Positions 55,409 through 64,000 of a stretch of DNA of 64,000 nucleotides are shown here, in pieces. The notes under the pieces are model-generated. The model was not told the origin of the DNA. It ran no database searches and worked only from the letters and a program-made list of their open reading frames with translations. The position numbers and the translations under genes are program-made. The number at the start of each line of letters is the position of its first letter. The stretch's first letter is position 1. This DNA is from Octopus bimaculoides (lineage: Eukaryota), in assembly GCF_001194135.2 (NCBI RefSeq), contig NC_068990.1, forward strand, positions 3,744,509 to 3,808,508, written 5' to 3'.

Positions 55409-56654
55409 GTCATAGTTTGCTTTGCTGTATCATAATTCATACATGCATTTTCGTGTCTTTTTATGGCGTTTCTTTCCTCCTTTTTACTCCATCAAATCTT
55501 CAGTTTCATATTGGCCAAATAGTTATTGCAAAGACGCCAAGTAAGTCTTGTTGGTTGGAACAGATATTTTAAAGTAGGATATTGCAGAAACGCATCAGTT
55601 CTTTGAAAAGTGCTGACAAGTAGGATAGATTGCAAATGTTTCTATTAAATCAATAACGGTTTTGAAAACCTGATTTACAGACAGTAAGCAAATGTTCATC
55701 ATATCTCACAATTGATCGTATTAGTCAATACCAACATCACTATATCTTCCTTTGATATTGCCGCTCACTGCTAGAGCATAAAATATAGAAATTCAACATT
55801 GAATATTTGATGAAACGCACTATTCGACTGATATATGTTATATTGAACTTTTAAGTGAAAGGAAAATATGTAAAATTCTATATTTGTTTTGTTTTATTGT
55901 TTTGTTGTATCAGACTTACATTTTGTGTTGTTATAAAATATTATAGTGGGCGAAGATTGGCGGAATAAGGAAAGCGTCAGATAAAATACCTTGTGATATT
56001 TAGTTACATCTCCTCATGTTCTGAGTACCAATCCAGTCGGGATCAAAGATGTCCTTCCAGGTTCGATAAAACAATAAGTCAAGTTGTTGGTGTTAAAACT
56101 TAGAAACATTGGAGGGAACCTAAAGTAATGTATATTTAGAACTGTGGATATCGATGCAAACAAAACTATAAATGATAAATATTCGAAGGTTACTTCACAT
56201 TGTATCCGCCTCCTAAATCTTAGTCCCAGCGCCATTCCAGTGCTCGGTGGCTATGACAAAGGAACTTATATAGTGAACGTGGTTGAAAGGCTGAGAACAT
56301 AGCTTGTGATTTCGCACCAGGACTTTAACAGCTTCTACAATTACCACCTGAACAGGGAGGAAAAGGTAATAAGAGAGCTGCTGCACCTCAGTAACTTTGG
56401 TGTACCTAAATGGGCCAACGCTAAATGTGCAATTATGCAGTTTTCATATGGGAGCACGACTTGGGAGAGTCCGTTTGACATTAAAGTTTCAGTATTATCC
56501 GTGTTAATAAGTGAATACGCAAAATTACCTTATACATTGTGCCCCCATTTTCGGAATAGTTACACGTTATTTTGTTCTGTATTGTGATTTCTATTGATCC
56601 TATTTCTTGATTGTGTCTTCAAAACTAATGTTGATATGATTAATTAGCGATACT

Positions 56655-56856
56655 AAGGCGACGAGCTGGCAGAATCGTTAGCACGCCAGGAAAAATGCTA
56701 AGCAGCATTTAGTTCGGCATTACGTTCTGAATCCCATTTCCGCTGACATCGACTTGGCTTTTCATCCTTTCAGCACTAGGGTGGATGTAATCGACTTAAC
56801 CCCCACGCACCCCAAAATTACTACTGTCTACCAAACAGTTTGAAACTAATATTATA
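56655..56856 (+). mobile_element. SINE family A with internal deletion
   Basis: AAGGCGACGAGCTGGCAGAATCGTTAGCACGCC head. Confidence 0.85.
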
Positions 56857-57637
56857 ATGCTGTGCTGGTCGATCTAAATTCGCCACTATTTCTTGTTTGG
56901 AGCTCTTTTTTGTATTTTTCTTTTGTATGATCCTTAAGGTCTTCGATGCTTGTGACCAATTAAGGAAAAATCATTGTCATAGAGTGCAGTAGAAGTCGAT
57001 GGTGAACTTAGAGAATAGCCAAAGTGTTGGGAAAATGCGTTGTACTATTTCTTTTGAGTTTTTAAATTCACAGATCAAATCCTGCCGTGGTCGAATTTAC
57101 CTTTTATCTCCTGCCCCCGGATGATTAAAACAAAATATCAATTAAGTACAGGGGTTGATGTAACCGACAACTTTCCTGTCCACTTTACCAGGGTTGGAGA
57201 CCGTATAAAAATACTACGAGCGCTTCACTTTTCTCCTCTCATTAAATCACACGCAATATCGTCTGCTAACCATATTTAAGAAGAGTGTCGTTGGCAGTCT
57301 CAGACCCAAGAGATAGTCGGGATCTGCCAAGCTAAGTTTTTGTAGAAGAACTTCATAAAAGTAAAATTCTCAGTGGTACTGTTACGCAAGTCAATAAATT
57401 CGAATACAAATGCTGGAGATATTTGGCCTTGTAATGCCGATGAATGGAGCAAAAATGTAATAAAAGACAAAAAATTTCCTTAGAAATAATATGTTCAAAT
57501 GGTTCATCCCCAATATGTGCCTGGTACGTATTTTATCGATTCAAGATTTTATCTCCTTAAACAAAATTTGGTATCAAGTAAAAAATTAAGATTAGGCATG
57601 TTGTTATACAGTCTATCGTATAGAAGACGATATTATA

Positions 57638-57849
57638 CAGGGTGTCCACAAAGTCTGGGGACATGACGATTAACATATGCTTTAAGAAATTATTATTTCT
57701 CATATTTAATTTTTTATGTTATGATTTTATTTACTTCATGTACCCATATGGGGATTAACACATACTTTAAGAAATTATTATTTTTTATATTTAATTGTTT
57801 ATGTTATGATTTTATTTACTTCATGTACCCAGTCTTTGTGGACACCCTG
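57638..57849. mobile_element. Complete Tc1/mariner MITE with TA target-site duplication and internal tandem duplication
   Basis: TA-CAGGGTGTCCACAAAG...CTTTGTGGACACCCTG-TA. Confidence 0.95.
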
Positions 57850-58019
57850 TATATTTGTAGATATGACTATACCCAGATAATGTTAGTTAACCTTAGATGA
57901 TATCTGATCAGACACACCTATGATCAAAAGATATTGCGAGCATGGGTAATCTGTCATTTGTCTCAGATTCCGCCTCCTAGAGTCATTCTTATCTGAAATG
58001 GTAAAGTGTGATTTGAACG

Positions 58020-58200
58020 AGCAGTTTTCAGTGGAGGAAGTTTCATTACATAAACCCAAACCCTAAAGTAGTACTTACTTTATCGACCGCGAAATAATTA
58101 AGGACACAGCTGACCTCGTCGGGATTCGAAGTGAGAACACGAGGAGTAGGAATTGATATTACACAAGTGCATTTTAACTGACGTTCTAACGATTCTATTA
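58020..58200 (-). mobile_element. Diverged SINE family A
   Basis: TTTATCGACC...GACCTCGTCGGGATTCGAA...CTAACGATTCT. Confidence 0.6.
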
Positions 58201-58306
58201 TTAAACGAATGAGACAAGAATGAAGAGAAATGCGAAGAGGAAAAAAAGTGACAATGAAAACGTGAAGAAATACGCTGGAGAGAATGGAAGAAATTTTGAG
58301 GAAGGG

Positions 58307-58405
58307 AGAAGAAGAAGAAGAAGAAGAAGAAGAAGAAGAAGAAGAAGAAGAAGAAGAAGAAGAAGAAGAAGAAGAAGAAGAAGAAGAAGAAGAAGAAGAA
58401 GAAGA
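58307..58405. repeat. (GAA)n microsatellite
   Basis: Direct inspection. Confidence 0.95.
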
Positions 58406-58888
58406 ATGGAGAATGGGATGAAAGGGAGAGAGAAAGGATAGAGGAGAAATCCAAGGAAGAAATTAAAAATAATAAGGAGGGAGAGGAAGGGTCTAGGAGG
58501 AGGGTGTGGGAGGTGGGATGTGAGAGGAGGTGGGGTGTGAGAGGAGGTGGGGTGTGAGAGGAGGAGGAAGGGAGGAGGAAAATGACAAAGAACGTTAAAG
58601 AATATCTAATACTGGAAAATAGAACATATATCAAGTACAAAAAGTTTTCTTCTACGTTTTGGAATTATTTGAATGTTTCCATCCAAAGAATTGTTCCAGC
58701 AACAATATTTTACAGTTGGTTGGCTTCCCTAATGGTCAATGAGTACGATGCCATTTTACCTTTATAACTTTGGCTGCTCAGAAAGCTTAATTCTTCTAAT
58801 CTTCAATGGTCTATACTGAGAAAGGAAACTACTATATTTGCCCTCAGAAATTCTTCGCTGTGTATAGAACTGGAAAATTTATTATTAC

Positions 58889-58904
58889 ATAATTATTATT
58901 ATTA

Positions 58905-58972
<68 letters not shown>

Positions 58973-59186
58973 GTTCAGTAGTTTTATTTTTATAACGTGC
59001 TTTCACTTCACTACCGAGCGCAGCTCTGTGCGCCTTGGGTATGTGCTGTGGTTTGCTGTGATACTCTTATGGTTACTGTATTGAAACAGTTTTGCGTAGG
59101 ATGTATGCAGTGCCCAATAGTGCAATTTTCTGTATGTTATATATATTTGTAAGTCCTGATGTTTTTGTTATGTATTTGTCTGAATA

Positions 59187-59190
<4 letters not shown>
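58889..59190 (-). mobile_element. R4/Dong-like LINE 3' end with 3' UTR and (AAT)n tail
   Basis: Minus strand KYITKTSGLTNIYNIQKIALLGTAYILRKTVSIQ*, then UTR and (AAT)n; (ATT)n also lies at 59190-59230. Confidence 0.9.
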
Positions 59191-59232
<42 letters not shown>

Positions 59233-59285
59233 TGGACTGCTGGCGTTCTCGAAGGGCATGATGAATAATGTTAAGAAAATAGTTA

Positions 59286-59504
59286 CAGTAATCCCTCGCC
59301 ATTTCGCGGTTCACCTACCACGGTTTATTATTTTAAGCTTACGTTGATTCCTCCGTGGTGTTGTTTTGCATTTATAATAAAATAAATATATACAAATTAT
59401 AAAAATAATTAAAAAAAATATACGATACTGTTTCTACTTCGCGGATTTTCACCTATCACGGGGTTTTTTGGAACGTAACACCCGCGATAGTCGAGGGATT
59501 ACTG
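59286..59504. mobile_element. pogo/Tigger-type MITE
   Basis: TIRs CAGTAATCCCTCG...CGAGGGATTACTG; TA on the left, CA on the right. Confidence 0.9.
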
Positions 59505-59626
59505 CATTGTTGTTTTATTGTCCGTGATCAGTTCTTAACTGAGTAGATAATATTATCAACTTCCATCTCCTCTGGGCCATTAAGGTAAAGTGGCAGTCAA
59601 TTACTAGGAACCTCAGTATTAATTGT

Positions 59627-60003
59627 GGAGGTGCAATGGCCTAGTGGTTAGGGCAGCGGACTCGCAGTCATAGGATCGCGGTTTCAATTCCCAGACCGGT
59701 TGTTGTGAGTGTTTATTGAGTGAAAACACCTAAAGCTCCACGAGGCTCCAGCTTTACTCTTCCACCCTGCTTTACTCTTCCACCACGACTTTCTCTCACT
59801 CTTTCTTCCTGTTTCTGTTGTACCTGTATTTCAAAGGGCCAGCCTTGTCACACTGTGACACATTCAATATCCCCGAGAACTACGTTAAAGGTGCACGTGT
59901 CTGTGGAATGCTCAGCCACTTGCAAGTTAATTTCACGAGCAGGCTGTTCCGTTGATCGGATCAACTGGAACCCTCGACGTCGTAAGCGACGGAGTGCCAA
60001 CAC
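59627..60003 (+). mobile_element. tRNA-derived SINE family C (tRNA-Arg-like head, reminiscent of octopus OR SINEs)
   Basis: A box TGGCCTAGTGG, B-box-like GGTTTCAATTCCC, CTCGCAG anticodon-loop relic, body ending CGACGGAGTGCCAAC. Confidence 0.85.
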
Positions 60004-60419
60004 ACATAATATTAATTAATCCATTCACCTCAAATCAGCTGACCTTATACCTAAATCAGAAACAATTAAAGAAAGCGAACTGACAGAACCATTACTGCAT
60101 CAGACAGATTACTTAGCGGGGTTTTTTTTCTTTTCTTTTTCTTACGGTTGTTTACATGCTGAGTACAAATCACACAGAGGTCAACTTTGCTTTTTATCTT
60201 TTCAAAGTCGAGAAAAATAAAGTACCAGACAAATGTGTTACTTTCCTCGAATTTGGTGTACAGCACTGTTGCTTTGTTTTATCCACACCAGACGGACGAA
60301 GGGCAAAGTTGACTTTAGAGTCTTTCATTAAAATCTACTACATAGAGACGGCTTTTATACGACATGCGACACTAGTTATGGGTGTGTATGTAGATATATA
60401 CATACATATATATATATTT

Positions 60420-60459
<40 letters not shown>

Positions 60460-60462
60460 TTA

Positions 60463-60620
60463 CAGGGTGTCCACAAAGTCTGGGTACATGAGGATTAACA
60501 CATACTTTAAGAAATTATTATTTCTTATATTTAATTGTTTATGATTTTATTTACATACAAACACAGTGAGTTACAAGAACAGTACAAAACGTCGGGTTCA
60601 AGAGCACCAGCAACAGCAAC
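60463..60620. mobile_element. One end of a longer Tc1-like element related to the 57638 MITE
   Basis: TA-CAGGGTGTCCACAAAGTCTGGGTACATGAGGATTAACAC..., continuing into different internal sequence. Confidence 0.85.
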
Positions 60621-60819
60621 GGGGTAGGGAAAGGGCTGAGAGGAAGGGTCATAGTGCTACTAAGAACAATGACACATACACACACAAACACAGGTGCATG
60701 CGCATGTAAGGATACACATCAAAGAAGAACTGCATGGAATAAGCAGGGAAAGGGCACACACGAAGACGCAGTGTCGCTTTTAAATCCGATTGCCTGACTT
60801 TGTCTGTGTGCACAGGCAC

Positions 60820-60882
<63 letters not shown>

Positions 60883-60895
60883 GGAGAGAGGGAGA

Positions 60896-60939
<44 letters not shown>

Positions 60940-61874
60940 CAATGTGTATTAACAGTTGGTCACCTGAATTGATTTCATAAAGTGAACTTTGTGTAACACA
61001 ACTCTTTCTCAGTAGATTAGGTACAACAAGGAACTGAACATACGCTATTCTTATACGATTCGTTGCAGTCAACTACACTCTACTTTACTTCTCTGTCCAA
61101 ATATGTACAAGGCATTAGGAAAGGGCTTAGACAAATAAAACTACCTAAGTACGTAACTTGTTTAGGAAACTTATCTAAATATGTTCTTTCAATATTACGT
61201 TGTTGAATACATCTTGTATAGACGTTAGTTATTCATTTGTGAATTAGCTTTCTTATAAATTCAATTTAAAATTTCATTTCAAATCCAGAACCATGCTTTT
61301 ATTTCCATATACTGCAAAACCATTAAATCAAAGAAGTATTATTTGATTACATTTTAAACTGAAATGTTAAACAATTGGTTGGTCATTAAAATACTCGTTT
61401 TATTTTAGTTTAATGAAGCTTAAGGAATGTTCATGTTTGCGTGTGTGAATGTGTGTTTGTAAGCTGGTATTACATTTGAATTCAGAATAACGTGTGGTTT
61501 TGAAGCAGAGGAAAAGGTTTCATAAAATAGTAAAATTCAATTAGAATACATTTGTATTAAGTTAGACATCGTGGCATTTAGAAAATTAATTTCATCCATT
61601 AAAACATAAGTCTGAATGAAACCAGTAACTTGGCTTACATGTAAAAATAATACTCGCACAAATGATGCTTGGAGAATAACGAAAAGATGTTACTGAATGC
61701 ACAGTAATTAACATTGATCGTTGTTTACTTATTAAACTAACAATGCCATTTAATAAAAAAATACTGGATAAATACAAATAATATGTATACGGAAATCTTT
61801 TAGTAAAAGGTACGGTGTATAATGATACGAAATCGTACTCCGTAGCAAATAAGGCGATAATGTTATATGTGAGT

Positions 61875-62250
61875 GTAAGACGGTGAGATGGTAGAATTAG
61901 AATCATTAGCGGGTCGCGAAAAAGGCTTCACTGTATTTGTTCTGGCTTGACGTTCCGAGTTCAAATTTCGCCGAGGTCGACTTTGCCTTTCATCCTTTCG
62001 AGGTCAATATAATATGTTCCAGTTAAGTACATGTAATCGACTAACCCCCGAAATAGCTGGCATTGCGTCAAACTTTGAAGCCACTATTATATATGAGTGC
62101 AAGACGGCGAACTGGTAGAATTGGTAGAGTGCCGGACAAAGTGCTTAGCGACAGTTCGTCCGTCTTTACATTCTGAGATCAAATTCCGGCAGAATCGATT
62201 TTTCCTTCCCCTACCTCGAAATTGGCGACCCTGTTACAATTTAGCAACTT
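61875..62250 (+). mobile_element. Tandem pair of SINE family A copies (61875-62090; 62100-62250)
   Basis: Two AAGACGG.GA..TGG.AGAA heads; TTCAAATTTCGCCGAGGTCGACTTTGCC core in the first. Confidence 0.8.
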
Positions 62251-62614
62251 GTGGCATTTTATTTGATAGCTAGTAATTAATGGGTTTTATTTTACAGACG
62301 ATCCTCTGGGCAATTTGTTGGTTATTGTTTTGAAATATTTTGCGCTGTTCTTACTTTTTCGTCGTTGCTTTCCTATTATTAACAAACGCACATACATTCA
62401 TATATACATACATGCATACATACATATATGTATATGTATGTATATGAGTGCGCTCAGAGATATGTACATATATACGTATGTATATANNNNNNNNNNNNNN
62501 NNNNNNNNNNNNNNNNNNNNNNNNNNNNNNNNNNNNNNNNNNNNNNNNNNNNNNNNNNNNNNNNNNNNNNNNNNNNNNNNNNNNNNNNNNNNNNNNNNNN
62601 NNNNNNNNNNNNNN

Positions 62615-62833
62615 TAAGGGGTACTGAAAAGTTCCTGCTTTTAAGGGTCCTCTGAAAGGCCTGGCTGGAGGCCCAACCTTCCGAGTTCTTTAACATGACT
62701 TAGAAATCCTGAAGAACAGCTGCAATAAGTGTGTGTATCTGAGACGGGAATAGGTTGAATAAAATCATAGTTATCTGATCTTCCCGTATTTTTCTTTTAT
62801 CTAAATCCAGGACCTTTTCAGCACGCTCTCGTG
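62615..62833. mobile_element. mariner MITE
   Basis: TIRs GGGGTACTGAAAAGTTCCTG / CAGGACCTTTTCAGCACGCTCTCG; internal CNKCVYLRRE resembles a mariner C-terminus. Confidence 0.85.
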
Positions 62834-64000
62834 TATGTATATATATATATATATATACATGTGTGTGTGAATACACATACATGTATGCGTGAGTATATAG
62901 AGAACAGTTTTTTTTTCTTACTAATTTGTTGTATTAAAAGCAGGGCTATTTTCACGTTTAATCTTTTCTTAAAGATCTCTGCTATTTTCTTAATAATCCT
63001 TTGTGTTTGGTTTGGAACATTAACGGTCTTCAGTCCATTAGTCTGACGCTTCGAGACCTCCATAATTTCATTTCCATTTTAAACTGTTCCGATAACTCAT
63101 TGACCACGCATTCTGCTTTTATTCGCAAACTATCCTGGTAATATATTTAAAAGTATTAAAATATTCTATGTTGAATTTGATATTAAATAAAATTGGTTGT
63201 TGGTAGATTTCATGGTATACATGTTTCAAATATTGTATACCTCGGTGCTAAATATAGCTTTATTTATTAATAGAACTGCCATACTTAATCACCTCTTTTT
63301 GTGAAATTCTATATAAAATTCTAATACTGTTAACTAATGTTTTTACTATCTGAGAATAATTTTCTTGTATTAAAGGCTACTTTTTCCAAAACTGTAGTTA
63401 TTCCTGTAAATATGCTTTAAAAATGCACCTCTGATCACAAATGGAGTCGTTGCACATAAATAATGTGTTTCATTCAGTGTAAATACATTGTTTTCTATCT
63501 ATATATGGTTTTTTTTATGTATCTATCTGTGTTGATGTATCTTTTCATGTAAACGCTTGTGTGTAGCTGTGGCCTGTTTATACGTTTCACTGCATTTTTT
63601 GTGTATATATATATATGAAACTGTGTTTGGCGACGAAGGGCAGCGTATGAATATAAAGTAAAGTCAAGAAGTGTCTCATCGTAAACAATGTTTATAATAC
63701 TGAATAAAGCAAACTTTGTTATTTTTTTCCATTTGTTTATTGCTTATACGTGATTTCTTTTTTATGCAAGTGTACGTTTGCGTGTCGATGTTCTGTACAT
63801 GCCAAGTGTAGTTGTGTTTTTGAGCATATCTTATCATATCTATATTTTTGTGTATATTTTATCGTAATTGTTGTGAAGGTGTTTAACAACGATGAGTAGC
63901 GTCTGGATACAACATAGGCATACGTACTTTCAAATGTAATATTGTTATTATAAGACAGAACAAAATAGAAAATACGAACGTACAAACGCAAAATCTAAGT

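Noticed and set aside
56321-56365. 45-nt exon-like unit DFNSFYNYHLNREEK
   Set aside because: Splice signals alone are common at this AT content; no homology recognised.
59627-59698. tRNA-Arg gene
   Set aside because: No acceptor stem, and it continues into a SINE body.
61592-61906. 104-aa hydrophobic ORF
   Set aside because: Starts inside a SINE, has the composition typical of AT-rich antisense frames, and shows no motif.

Overview
AT-rich, microsatellite-saturated eukaryotic DNA with 12 N-gaps, most of them abutting simple repeats. Its repeat families (tRNA-derived SINEs, mariner/Tc1/pogo/hAT MITEs, RTE, R4/Dong-like, Hero-like and Jockey/CR1-group LINE relics) match what I recognise from Octopus; the organism is an inference. 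I can support no host protein-coding gene. Most ORFs in the track are microsatellite or gap artefacts; a few overlap decayed transposase or LINE fragments. The window looks intergenic or deep intronic, with about 20 copies of one SINE family. The strongest unexplained signal is a set of fold-back elements carrying hammerhead-ribozyme-like motifs with the palindromic stem III typical of Penelope-like elements and retrozymes. These are a near-canonical motif at 35530-35624, a non-canonical motif on both arms of a young 333-bp palindrome at 29741-30073, and a degenerate motif at 2174-2226. Secondary signals are a Dong-like LINE end embedded in (TAA)n, a dimeric Tc1 MITE, and an exon-like, Cys-rich segment with one in-frame TGA. 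Ends of decayed repeats are approximate (tens of bp).
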